56,288 bases of DNA from positions 1-56,288 of IMG/VR virus record IMGVR_UViG_3300032893_000058. One strand, written 5' to 3'. Of the stretch, positions 33,536-42,300 are shown piece after piece. The stretch comes from a virus. Its lineage: Duplodnaviria > Caudoviricetes. A program made the translations under genes and the position numbers. Within the stretch, counting starts at the first letter, position 1, and each line of letters begins with the position of its first letter. The notes under the pieces were generated by a model that did not search any database, was not told where the DNA came from, and saw only the letters and a program-made list of their open reading frames with translations.

Positions 33536-34592
33536 GTGCGCCTTCCTTGACCAATCGCCGTACGCCTTGCTGGCCGCGGCGGGGGTCCTGATGTAGCAGT
33601 TCGTGCAGTCGGTTATTGGGGATGACGGTGCCGGGGCGCCGCAGCATGATCAATTCGGGGCCGTGGCGTCCGACCATGTAGCGGTCGGAATGATCGAATT
33701 TGACGGCTTCCGGGCCACGCTCGCCAACGACGATTGGCCTGCCGACCGGCGGGCGCCCGCCTCTGGCGTAATACGAGCCAGTAACGTTGAACGGATTGCC
33801 GCCCGCGCCCCCGCCACTGCCGCCGCTGTAGAAATTGCCCCCGCCACCACCGCCGCCTCCGCCACCGCCCAGCAATTGCGCCAGTGCGCCATAACCGGCC
33901 AGACTGTTGATGCCGCCCTGCGCCGCGCTGGCGACGCCGGTCGTGCCCGCGGCTGCCGCATTACCGGCGCCGACGATGTTGCCGGCGATGTTGGCGCCGG
34001 TCTGCGTCGCGTTGGACGCCAACCCGCTTGCCGCATTGGACCCGGTGTTGACCAGGTTTTGCACCGCGTTGACAGACGTGCCCAGCCCCGTCGTGCCGGC
34101 GCCGTATGCGCTCAGCATTGCCTGCAGTACATTTTGCCAGGTGTTGCTGGCCAGCCCGGTAGCATAATTAGCACTGGCAGTGGCCAGCGGGCCGCCCGGC
34201 CCGGCCAGACCTTGTGCGGCCAATGAATTGTTGACCGCCATCTGGCCCATTTGCTGCGTAAATTGATAACCGGGCGTCTGCTGTAGCGTCGACGTCATAT
34301 TCTGCGGACCGTTCAGGCCGGCGAGATTGCCGATGGCGGTCATCGCGCCGCCGGTCGGACTGGTGTAATTGGTCAATGTCGACAACAGCGTGTTGAGATT
34401 AGGAATCTGTCCGGCGCCGCCCTGGATGAACGGCTGCAGATTTTGCTGCGTGATGTCGAACATCTGGCGTTGTTCGGCAATGGCATTGTTTTCAGCCGCG
34501 ACCTGCTGTGACGATGCCTTGCCAGATGCATAAGCGCCGATGCCGGCCGCGCCCAGGGCACCCACTCCGCCGATCACTGCTGCTGCGACCAT
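33519..34592 (-). CDS. DNA pilot/ejection protein, P22 gp7-like
   Basis: Hydrophobic Gly/Ala N-terminus, LQPF..GG, PGYQF motif; start ATG 34592. Confidence 0.8.
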   Translation of the reverse strand: MVAAAVIGGVGALGAAGIGAYASGKASSQQVAAENNAIAEQRQMFDITQQNLQPFIQGGAGQIPNLNTLLSTLTNYTSPTGGAMTAIGNLAGLNGPQNMTSTLQQTPGYQFTQQMGQMAVNNSLAAQGLAGPGGPLATASANYATGLASNTWQNVLQAMLSAYGAGTTGLGTSVNAVQNLVNTGSNAASGLASNATQTGANIAGNIVGAGNAAAAGTTGVASAAQGGINSLAGYGALAQLLGGGGGGGGGGGNFYSGGSGGGAGGNPFNVTGSYYARGGRPPVGRPIVVGERGPEAVKFDHSDRYMVGRHGPELIMLRRPGTVIPNNRLHELLHQDPRRGQQGVRRLVKEGAHARRH

Positions 34593-34593
34593 C

Positions 34594-35061
34594 TCAGTCT
34601 CCAATCCACTTTACGGCGTGAATGTCTGCCGGCTCAAAACCCCACAGATCGTGCAGATATTCCATGCCTTGCGATTTACCGGCCTTCCATCCTGAATACC
34701 ACACCTTAACGTGGCGACGCTTCAATTCGCGCTCGACGCAACGCAACAGCGGAAACGCCAGGCCCCGGCCCTTCATATTTTCGACGATGTACATCATGTC
34801 CATATGCGCGGTGAGCGTCTGGCTGTAGTGTAGCCCCGGCGCGATCTGGACCGTGTAGTACGCGACGATGCCGCCGTCCTTACGCACCGTCGCCAGCGTC
34901 ATGCTGCCTTCGCGCTCACGCCGTATATACTCGCCATATTGAGGCGCGAGCGGCACTCGGTTTTGCATCAAGGCAAGATCGCGCCAATGCTGCTCGAACA
35001 GCGGCGTCAATTCCGGCAGTGCTCGCTCGAACGACTCAATCTGTGCCGTAATCATCGACAT
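34594..35061 (-). CDS. GNAT-family acetyltransferase
   Basis: DMMYIVENMKGRGLA..LL acetyl-CoA motif. Confidence 0.75.
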   Translation of the reverse strand: MSMITAQIESFERALPELTPLFEQHWRDLALMQNRVPLAPQYGEYIRREREGSMTLATVRKDGGIVAYYTVQIAPGLHYSQTLTAHMDMMYIVENMKGRGLAFPLLRCVERELKRRHVKVWYSGWKAGKSQGMEYLHDLWGFEPADIHAVKWIGD

Positions 35062-35599
35062 GTATATCTACGATCAGATGAACGCGATCATCCTTGCTGT
35101 TGTTGGATACGGAATGCTGAAGGCGGTGATTAAACCACCAGATTTCGCCTGTCAGCATCTGCACCGCCTCGTCGCCGCACTCGAATACCGAACCGGGCAG
35201 GCCCTGCAGCACGACGTGAAAGCGATTGTAGTATTCAGCATAAGGGCCTTCGTCGGCGTGCGGCGTAATCTTATCGCCGGACGCCAGCCGCGTCGCCACG
35301 ACGCGTCCCAGCCTGCTGCCCCCAACCAGCCGCATCAGGTCGAGCGCCGTGCGTTTGACGTCGGGCATCAGGTGCAGCACTTCGCGGTCGCTGGCTTCAA
35401 GATCGCCGTGCATTTCCATCAGCGACCGCCCGATAGTGACGCACGACCGCAGCAGGATGTCGTCCGACTGCGCATGCGGCGAACCGTCGAATCCGGTGCG
35501 CGTCCGGTCGGCGTTCCACCATTCAGGGTGACGTTGCAATATGTTCAACATCGGCGTCACCATGGCATTATTTTCCGAAATCTTCTGAAAGTGTCTCAT
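35036..35599 (-). CDS. Aspartyl/asparaginyl beta-hydroxylase-like 2OG-Fe(II) oxygenase
   Basis: ITPHAD...RFHVVL...GEIWWFNH...HSV.N....R.HLIVD. Confidence 0.85.
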   Translation of the reverse strand: MRHFQKISENNAMVTPMLNILQRHPEWWNADRTRTGFDGSPHAQSDDILLRSCVTIGRSLMEMHGDLEASDREVLHLMPDVKRTALDLMRLVGGSRLGRVVATRLASGDKITPHADEGPYAEYYNRFHVVLQGLPGSVFECGDEAVQMLTGEIWWFNHRLQHSVSNNSKDDRVHLIVDIHVDDYGTD

Positions 35600-35602
35600 G
35601 AC

Positions 35603-36040
35603 TTACCCCAACTGAAGCGACCGCCACTCAGTCGCGGACAACTGACTGAACACCTGTGCCTTACCAGCTGCCAACGCATATGGCGCGTTGGCGGCGCCCC
35701 CGTCGATTGAACAACCTATCGGCGGGTAAACTTTGAGCGAATTTGCACCCGCATTCCACACTCTGCTGTCGAAGCCGGTGCCGAACGCAAACAACGCGAC
35801 GCCGGTATTGGCAGCAACCGTCGTCACTTCGTTCCATTCAGCTTCAAGCTGCAACGCAGTTCCCTGCGTCGTGCCGGTCGCAGTCAGGCCCAACGCCACC
35901 AAATACGGAATGGTGGCCGCCGAGCGCGTGAATAACCCCTGCCAAAACCGCCACCACACCCATGTCGGCAGGCCGTCGGCCTGGATCAGCGGCTGTTCCG
36001 GCGTCGGCATCGATAACTGTGATTGATCAAGTTGGGGCAT
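35603..36040 (-). CDS. Tail needle/plug-position virion protein
   Basis: PTWVWWRFW N-terminus after the gp10-like gene; C-domain paralogous to 37682..38092. Confidence 0.65.
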   Translation of the reverse strand: MPQLDQSQLSMPTPEQPLIQADGLPTWVWWRFWQGLFTRSAATIPYLVALGLTATGTTQGTALQLEAEWNEVTTVAANTGVALFAFGTGFDSRVWNAGANSLKVYPPIGCSIDGGAANAPYALAAGKAQVFSQLSATEWRSLQLG

Positions 36041-36199
36041 CTTCCCACACTATGGTAAGGTTGCGTCGCGCAGCTTCGGCAATGAGCGCCTGCTGCGTGT
36101 CATACACGTTGGCCGGACGCACACCGCCCTTCCATCTGGCCGATGGGCCAAGTATCGACAGGCACCAGTTGCCGTCCTTGTTCTTGAAAGCGTAACCGT

Positions 36200-37678
36200 T
36201 CATGTTTCGCTTTCCTCGCTGTCGTCGACGTACACGCCGTTCAGCGCGGTCTTCAAGTTTTCGGCCCACGATAGTTCATAGACGCGGTCGCGGCACATGC
36301 CCAGCCGCGTGAACTGTGGACTTTCATCGAACTGACCGGTTTGGCCCATAGTGGTGGACAGCGGGTCGCTGAAGGTCCGGCCGCGGTCGTCGCTGTAGCG
36401 CATGAATAGTTGCGGGTCGTAGCTTTCTTGCGCCACTTCACCGCACTGAATGTCCACCACCATGCGCCAGTGCGTGATCCGGTTCATTTCGTCAAGCACG
36501 TGCGGGAAGCCGCGGACGCACAAGATCGGCTGGCCATTGTCGGTAAAAGTATCCATGTCAAGCTGATACAGCGCCCCGGTCTGCCAGTCCTGCGCTATTA
36601 CCATGCCGTAGGCATTGGCGTAGAACGTGGCGCGGTCGCGGTTCAGATTGCCGTCATTATCCAGCCACGCTTGCTGGTGCCATTGGCGCGTCGCCAGATC
36701 GAATGCCCACGACTTGTTGGCGGTCGGGAAATGCAGCACATAGAACGTATGACCATCCAACTGATAAGTGCCGGCGATGGCGTCAGCAAGCGTCGCGTAG
36801 CTCTGCCATTCCTGTTCGAGCGCGTGCGTCGAAATGCGTTCGACCGCGTAACCGCTCGACATCACCGCGATGCCCTGCCCCTTCAAATCCTGCGACAGCC
36901 AACACAGGCTCACGTCGAGCGACGCCAGCGAATAGGGCGCGACGCAGCCGTACGGAATGAAGGTCGACGCGACCGGGGCAAACGGAAACACCGCGCCGCC
37001 GGCCAGATACCAGGGTTCGGTCGTCAACTGGCCGATCAGCCAGATTTCGCGCTGCCGCATCGCCAACGTCGCCACGTTGTCGGCGTAGCCTGATTTCGAG
37101 GCGATGTCGAGTGCGTTAAACGACACTGAATTGAGCAGCGAAGAATAAAAATACGGGGTTCCCGGCGCGTTGAACACGAAAAAGCCGCCGTCATATTCGA
37201 CGCGCGTCGCTCCGACGAATGTTCCAGTGCCATCGACCAACGCCGCCATGTTGTTGGTCGTCATGTTGATGGTCCAACCGTTCGTCGTGTTGTCGACCAC
37301 GACGATGTCGTTGCCTACGTCCATGCCGTTGTCGGCAAAGCTGATCGGCGTGGTCTGGCCGGCGGTGACGTTGCCCAGTGCGTGGAACACCAAATTGATA
37401 TCGACGTAATAGAGCGTCGTACCGACGACGGCGTACAGATTGCCGTTAGTGGCGCGATACAGACCGCGGCCTATGCCTTGTACCGGCGGTATGGCAAGCA
37501 ATTTCTTTCCCGGCCGCGGGTAGTGCGTGACCGGAACCGGCGGCTGCGTCTGACCCAGCGTCTTGGTGCCCGGCACTGGGCTGTGGGGGTTGTCCTCAGG
37601 GTACAAGTTCACGCAGCGTTGCGCGTTCGCAATGACGCTGCGTGAACTATAAGCACCGCTGAGTAACGGTAGCAGCAT
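36200..37678 (-). CDS. Tail hub / packaged-DNA stabilization protein (P22 gp10-like)
   Basis: VNLYPE, beta-propeller-like body, GHTFYVLHFP, YSDD.G.TFS, RLG..RDRVY. Confidence 0.85.
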   Translation of the reverse strand: MLLPLLSGAYSSRSVIANAQRCVNLYPEDNPHSPVPGTKTLGQTQPPVPVTHYPRPGKKLLAIPPVQGIGRGLYRATNGNLYAVVGTTLYYVDINLVFHALGNVTAGQTTPISFADNGMDVGNDIVVVDNTTNGWTINMTTNNMAALVDGTGTFVGATRVEYDGGFFVFNAPGTPYFYSSLLNSVSFNALDIASKSGYADNVATLAMRQREIWLIGQLTTEPWYLAGGAVFPFAPVASTFIPYGCVAPYSLASLDVSLCWLSQDLKGQGIAVMSSGYAVERISTHALEQEWQSYATLADAIAGTYQLDGHTFYVLHFPTANKSWAFDLATRQWHQQAWLDNDGNLNRDRATFYANAYGMVIAQDWQTGALYQLDMDTFTDNGQPILCVRGFPHVLDEMNRITHWRMVVDIQCGEVAQESYDPQLFMRYSDDRGRTFSDPLSTTMGQTGQFDESPQFTRLGMCRDRVYELSWAENLKTALNGVYVDDSEESET

Positions 37679-37681
37679 TTG

Positions 37682-38092
37682 TTACGCCGTCTTAATGGCC
37701 GCCCATGAGCCGTTTTTACTGCAAAAAAATAGCGCCGCTTGCGTGGTTGTCAAAGCGTAAGCATTGGCCGTCGCCGCGGTGTTGATGGTGTCAGTGCCCT
37801 GACCATAAAGATCAAGCGTATGTGCACCGGCATTGTACACCATCAACGCCGTACCGGCGATCGCTTTCGGCAACAAGCAGCTATCGGCGTCAGCCGCGAC
37901 CGTGTCCACTTCTAATAGATGCACGTTAGACGGAAGCTGCAGCGCCGCCGCCTTGGTGCCGCCCGCATGTGCAGTGAAACCGTTTTGATAGGTGAAATTG
38001 ATGCCGCCGGCCAGGCCGCGGAGCCATTTCCCATCAATCAGGCCGAAGCCGATGCCCTTGGGGGCGTTACCTGAATTCTGCGTCGTCGCCAT
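37682..38092 (-). CDS. Small virion protein (paralog of 35603..36040 C-domain)
   Basis: G.TA..G....ALQL...EV.TVAA...V.NAGA..L..Y shared pattern. Confidence 0.7.
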   Translation of the reverse strand: MATTQNSGNAPKGIGFGLIDGKWLRGLAGGINFTYQNGFTAHAGGTKAAALQLPSNVHLLEVDTVAADADSCLLPKAIAGTALMVYNAGAHTLDLYGQGTDTINTAATANAYALTTTQAALFFCSKNGSWAAIKTA

Positions 38093-38146
38093 AGCTTTGC
38101 TCCTGGTTCTAAGGTTAGTCGAAGGGTGAAGACGCCTTTACGCGAA

Positions 38147-38440
38147 CTAATGCTGCTGCGGGGGCGGCGGTGCCGGCGATTGCGTCATTCCCGCCATCTG
38201 CGCTTTGAGCGCCTCGATCTCCTGGTCGCGCTCCGCCATCTGCGCTTTGAGCGCCTCGATCTGTTCTTCCGGCGTGGGTTCCGGCACGTATTCCGGCACT
38301 TTCACGGCGTCATCGTGCGTGGCGTAAAAGTCGTCTTCCTCGTGCTTGTCGCGCACGACGATGATGTTGCCGGCTGTGTCGCGGTAAGGGTGACCAGCCT
38401 CGTTGCGCGGCATCAGGGGGTAGCGTTGCGGTGCGTCCAT
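38147..38440 (-). CDS. Small head-region protein (paralog of 39195..39710)
   Basis: RYPLMP...G.P..D..G..IV.R....ED.FYA.H; AGGAGG RBS. Confidence 0.75.
   Translation of the reverse strand: MDAPQRYPLMPRNEAGHPYRDTAGNIIVVRDKHEEDDFYATHDDAVKVPEYVPEPTPEEQIEALKAQMAERDQEIEALKAQMAGMTQSPAPPPPQQH
38191..38262. repeat. Direct repeat, 30 bp identical, period 42 bp (IEALKAQMA x2)
   Basis: ccgccatctgcgctttgagcgcctcgatct at 38191 and 38233. Confidence 0.9.
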
Positions 38441-38454
38441 GTCAAGTCCTCCTG

Positions 38455-39183
38455 TTAGAATTGATCGCTCAAGATGTTATACCCCGGCGAGTTGGAAGTC
38501 AGTTCCTTTGGAATAACCAGTTCGGGAATCTGCAAATTGGCGTTCTTGATCACGTTGAGCGAGTAAGTCGCAAGCCGGTTCAATTCGGTGTCGGGCTTCA
38601 TGCCCTTGCCGTATGCCTGTCTGTACCAGCGCGCCAGATTAAATTTCATGCCCGGCAGATATTCGGCCGGAACGGTGCTCATGTCGGTGTTGAGCGTCAC
38701 TACCGGTAGCACGTCGGCAAACGACAGTCCGAGTGCGTAAAGGTTGGCCTGCGGCACCGGGTAAGCATTGACGATGGCCAGCGGATATGCGGTTTGCAAG
38801 AACACGTACTGAGTGAACGAAATGAGCGACGGCAGCGCGATGCGATCCCATTCTTCTTGCGACGACACCACCGTGACCGGTTGCCGGACCTGAAGATTGG
38901 GTGGGTAGGTCAAAATCTTGATGTAGGCCGCCTTAATGCGGTTCGGGCGCGGCGTTATGTTGTAATCACCACCGGGGCCGGCGGTGTAAGTCAGCGCGCC
39001 GGTTGCTACTTTCTCAATGGTGACCTGATCCCACACCATCCAGCGCTCGCGGTTCCAGAGCGCCAGCATATCGTTGAAGTCGGCCAGCCCGTCGCTGATA
39101 TCATCGGCCGACGCCGGACGGCCCACGCCCAGCACGCCGCTCTTCTTGAGAGCGAAGGTGATGATGTCGCGGGCCGTCGTCAT
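38455..39183 (-). CDS. Head-tail adaptor (P22 gp4-like)
   Basis: TARDII..ALK..GV..G......D..D.L...NDML..W; C-terminal YNILSD. Confidence 0.8.
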   Translation of the reverse strand: MTTARDIITFALKKSGVLGVGRPASADDISDGLADFNDMLALWNRERWMVWDQVTIEKVATGALTYTAGPGGDYNITPRPNRIKAAYIKILTYPPNLQVRQPVTVVSSQEEWDRIALPSLISFTQYVFLQTAYPLAIVNAYPVPQANLYALGLSFADVLPVVTLNTDMSTVPAEYLPGMKFNLARWYRQAYGKGMKPDTELNRLATYSLNVIKNANLQIPELVIPKELTSNSPGYNILSDQF

Positions 39184-39194
39184 GCGTCAATATC

Positions 39195-39710
39195 TCAGTC
39201 GAGCTTAGAGCCAGGCTTCGGCTTCGGTGGTTCGCTGCGCGCCAGCCCGGCGACGCCGCCCTTTGCCGGCTTGGTGTCGGGGGCCGCCGCATTCTTGGCC
39301 GGCGGATCGTCGTTTTTGGCTGGTTCGTTGCTCTTGGGGTTGCCCTTGGGGTCGTCGGCGATATCGGCCTTGGCCTTGAGCCGCGCGTTCTCGTCGCGCA
39401 GCCGCTGCAATTCGTCACGCATGTCCTCCGGATCGCGGATGCGCTCAAGTTCCGGGTGTTCGGCGTAAAACGCGTCTTCGTCGTCCGGCCCGCGCAGAAC
39501 GATGGCGCGACCGACCGAATCGAAGAACGGTTTGCCTTCCTTGGTGTGCGGCATCAGCGGATAGCGCCGGTATTCGTAAGCCGGGAATTCGTTGGGGTCC
39601 ATCTGCTTGGTCTGCGACTGAGCGATGAACTTCCGAATGTCACGCAGCGGCCCGCGGCCCTTTTGCGGGGGCGGCGCCACCTGATCACGATAACCGATTA
39701 AGCCAGTCAT
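39195..39710 (-). CDS. Head-region hypothetical protein
   Basis: AGGAGG RBS; YEYRRYPLMP motif; coiled coil and low-complexity tail. Confidence 0.75.
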   Translation of the reverse strand: MTGLIGYRDQVAPPPQKGRGPLRDIRKFIAQSQTKQMDPNEFPAYEYRRYPLMPHTKEGKPFFDSVGRAIVLRGPDDEDAFYAEHPELERIRDPEDMRDELQRLRDENARLKAKADIADDPKGNPKSNEPAKNDDPPAKNAAAPDTKPAKGGVAGLARSEPPKPKPGSKLD

Positions 39711-39723
39711 TGTACTGCCTCCT

Positions 39724-39750
39724 GCACGGGTATTGTTACCGCCCGGACGG
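39724..39750 (-). ncRNA. Putative cis-regulatory H-type pseudoknot, copy B
   Basis: CCG TC CGGG CGG TAACAATA CCCG TGC directly before AGGAGG. Confidence 0.55.
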
Positions 39751-39754
39751 GACT

Positions 39755-39787
39755 AGAAGAATGGGGCGGGCGTTATTGCCCGCCCCC
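39755..39787 (-). terminator. Intrinsic terminator after major capsid gene
   Basis: GGGGCGGGC/GCCCGCCCC stem followed by ATTCTTCT. Confidence 0.6.
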
Positions 39788-39796
39788 AACGCAACT

Positions 39797-41008
39797 TTAA
39801 ATCTTGTCCGGAACGATGCAGCCCCACTCGCCGCGCACCACCAGCGCGCCGAACAGAACATCGAGCCGGGTCACTTCCTGGTCGGTGCCGATCAGATAAT
39901 CGGTCACCGAACGCATCGACACGTTGTCGTACTTGTGACGTGCCGTGACCTTGTTCGCCGGCAATGGCAGGTCGCCGGTCGCCATCGTCACCATTTGCGG
40001 CGCGTAGCGGAACGACTTGCGATAGACCGACGACGCCACGAAATATGGCGTGATCACTGCGTTGTTGGCCGGCGACGCGGTCACGGTCTGATATTGGACC
40101 GGGTTGCCGAGATTGTCGGCCGGGATCAGCGACGGGTACACGCTCAACTGCACCGCGCCATTGGCCGCCGCCACCGTGACGACGAATTGACGAAGTTCGC
40201 CAGTGTCCAGCTTGGTAACGCGGTTCACGGCGTCGACGCCGGCAATCGTCACGATGTCGCCGACGTTGAACGTGCCGACCAGCGCGTTGATCGCGATGTT
40301 CGGTCCGGTCTGCCCGGCGCCGTTGACGGTCGCGGTCGTGGCCGTGCCGCAGGTGTGCTTGATTACGGTCTGGTCCGAGAACCAGGTCGCGCCGAGGGCC
40401 TTGTACATCGTGCCCTCGTAATATTGGTCGCTGATCGCCGTGGACGGGTTGAGCAGCCCGGACAGCGATTGCACGACGCGCGCCTCTTGACGCGGGTCGT
40501 TGATGATCTTGTGATTGACCATCGGCGCCGAGTTCAAGGCGAGCGTCGCTTGCGCGTCCAGATAAGTCCCGGAATCCGGGGTCTGAACGTTGCCGTTGCC
40601 GTCGAGACTTGCCGAGACGTTGCAGATCGCCTCGACAGTGTTGCCCATGATGGTCGACGCCACGTCGCCGGCCAGATTGTTCATCATCGGCAGCAAGATG
40701 CGCTCCGAAAAATCGTCCAACGACAGCAGCAGGTCGGCGGTCGTGAAGTTGACGTCGACGCCGTCCTGTGTCGCCATGGTGAGGACGGTCTGCTGTTCGG
40801 AAGTGTCCTGCAGATTGACTGCCGGGCCGTGACGGACGATGTAGTCGTTCGGCAGACGGATGCGCAAGGTCGAGCCGATCTTGGCATTGGTCTTACCGAA
40901 TTCCGGGTCGTACTGCTTGTCGATGTTCCGAATGTACATGTTCGAGTTGACGAACAGTTCGATCGCCTCGCGGGTAATCATGCTGATCGTCAGAAGGTTG
41001 TTGGCCAT
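39797..41008 (-). CDS. Major capsid protein (P22 coat-like)
   Basis: MANNLLT..MITRE...KIG.TL.IR.P...RLDVL.G; typical of the P22 coat family. Confidence 0.95.
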   Translation of the reverse strand: MANNLLTISMITREAIELFVNSNMYIRNIDKQYDPEFGKTNAKIGSTLRIRLPNDYIVRHGPAVNLQDTSEQQTVLTMATQDGVDVNFTTADLLLSLDDFSERILLPMMNNLAGDVASTIMGNTVEAICNVSASLDGNGNVQTPDSGTYLDAQATLALNSAPMVNHKIINDPRQEARVVQSLSGLLNPSTAISDQYYEGTMYKALGATWFSDQTVIKHTCGTATTATVNGAGQTGPNIAINALVGTFNVGDIVTIAGVDAVNRVTKLDTGELRQFVVTVAAANGAVQLSVYPSLIPADNLGNPVQYQTVTASPANNAVITPYFVASSVYRKSFRYAPQMVTMATGDLPLPANKVTARHKYDNVSMRSVTDYLIGTDQEVTRLDVLFGALVVRGEWGCIVPDKI

Positions 41009-41080
41009 GGAAATGTCTCCGTGCTGACCGTTTCAATTCGATGGCAGCGTCCATAGACCGCCTCTGAATTAAATGGACCA

Positions 41081-41139
41081 GCACGGGATAGTCAAGTTCC
41101 GCCCGGACGGAATCGCACTGCATTACCCGGCAGGACGGG
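41081..41139 (-). ncRNA. Two tandem putative pseudoknots (copies D and C) in capsid mRNA leader
   Basis: CCCG TC CTGC CGGG TAAT GCAG TGC (41139-41115) and TTCCG TC CGGG CGGAA CTTGACTAT CCCG TGC (41112-41081); compensatory changes in both stems. Confidence 0.6.
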
Positions 41140-41151
41140 CTGTTCGGTACT

Positions 41152-42033
41152 CTAGCCGGCGCGGCCCGCTTGCCGCGCCTCGAAACGGGCCTTCTTTTGC
41201 GCGGCACGCCGTGCGTACCACGTATCGTCGTCAAGTTCGTCGTTCAGCGCGGTCGGATCGCCGCGGTTGGCGCCACGCACACCCTCAGTCGGGGCCGGTG
41301 CGTCGGACGGCTTCGGGCTCGACTTCTTGGTAGGTATGCCCATCTTGACGATTTCAGCGAAGCGCTTGGCTGCCGGCAAGTCCATGATGCGCTGGTATTC
41401 TTCCGGGTTGGTGCCCAGCTTGTGCAACACTTGCGCCGGGTCATCGGCCGCCAAGATGTTGTTCATGGTGTCGATGTCGAAGCCGCCCAGCGTCGCCAAT
41501 GTGTCGGTGGCCTTCTGCCATTCGGCGCCGTAGCGCTCGCGGCCGGCGGCATCGGTATCGTTGGAACTGCGCTCAAAATTTTGCTGCGCTACTATCTTGG
41601 CCGCTTCAGCACGGACTGCGTCGGGGTCTGTAACTGGGGGGGCTTGGCGCGGGGCGGGGCGAGCCGCGGGCGCAGCCGCCGGATCGGGGGCCGCTGCGCC
41701 GCCGTCGCCAGCCGGCTGATCGCCACTGAGCCGCTGCAACATGGCGTTGGCGGCGGCGAGCGACCCTTCCAGTTCGGCGCGTTGGCGTCGCTCTTCCTGT
41801 AGCTGGGCGTGCTTGCGGCGGATTTCCTTGTCGCGCCAGTCAGGCCCGGCGCCGGCCGGGGCCGCTGCACCACCGTCGCCGGCAGCGGGATCGGCCGCCG
41901 CTGCAGCGCCACCATCGCCGGCTGCGGGATCGGTCGCCGCGCCGCCATTGTCGGCCGGCGGGTCAGCCGCAGCGCCGCCGTCATTCTCGCCCGCGTAAAA
42001 CGGCAACGTTTGCCATAGGAATTGCTTCAACAT
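41152..42033 (-). CDS. Scaffolding protein
   Basis: Immediately upstream of capsid; low-complexity repeats GGAAADPAAG(D); coiled coil; S.AP.P motif; C-terminal D..W..RR. Confidence 0.8.
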   Translation of the reverse strand: MLKQFLWQTLPFYAGENDGGAAADPPADNGGAATDPAAGDGGAAAAADPAAGDGGAAAPAGAGPDWRDKEIRRKHAQLQEERRQRAELEGSLAAANAMLQRLSGDQPAGDGGAAAPDPAAAPAARPAPRQAPPVTDPDAVRAEAAKIVAQQNFERSSNDTDAAGRERYGAEWQKATDTLATLGGFDIDTMNNILAADDPAQVLHKLGTNPEEYQRIMDLPAAKRFAEIVKMGIPTKKSSPKPSDAPAPTEGVRGANRGDPTALNDELDDDTWYARRAAQKKARFEARQAGRAG

Positions 42034-42049
42034 GTCGTCACTCCTTCAT

Positions 42050-42073
42050 GCACGGGTTTACCGCCCGGACGGT
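42050..42073 (-). ncRNA. Putative pseudoknot copy A before scaffold RBS
   Basis: ACCG TC CGGG CGGT AAA CCCG TGC, then AAGGAG RBS. Confidence 0.55.
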
Positions 42074-42300
42074 TTCGCGACTTTCTGCAAAGTCTTCATT
42101 TGTTCCTTAGCGACTACCTTGACGTCCCGCATCAAGGTCCGGTCGCATTGAATCTCGGCGGCGCGCGTCAAAGTGCGCAGCGCATCTTCGGCACGATAGC
42201 GACGCTCGCGTGCGTCCATCTGACTGCGCGAGCCGGGCGCCGTCGTCGGGACGGCGGTGGCGCTGGGGCTAATTAACCGCTGCAACCGATTTTTCGCCAT
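42058..42300 (-). CDS. Hypothetical protein
   Basis: YRAEDALRTL..A.EI..D..LM..V pattern seen in podophage head regions. Confidence 0.7.
   Translation of the reverse strand: MAKNRLQRLISPSATAVPTTAPGSRSQMDARERRYRAEDALRTLTRAAEIQCDRTLMRDVKVVAKEQMKTLQKVAKPSGR

Noticed and set aside
41970-42033. Prp-protease cleavage motif at the scaffold N-terminus (QTLPFYAGE)
   Set aside because: Only loosely similar to the LNLQFFA motif, and the likely alphaproteobacterial host is not known to use Prp.
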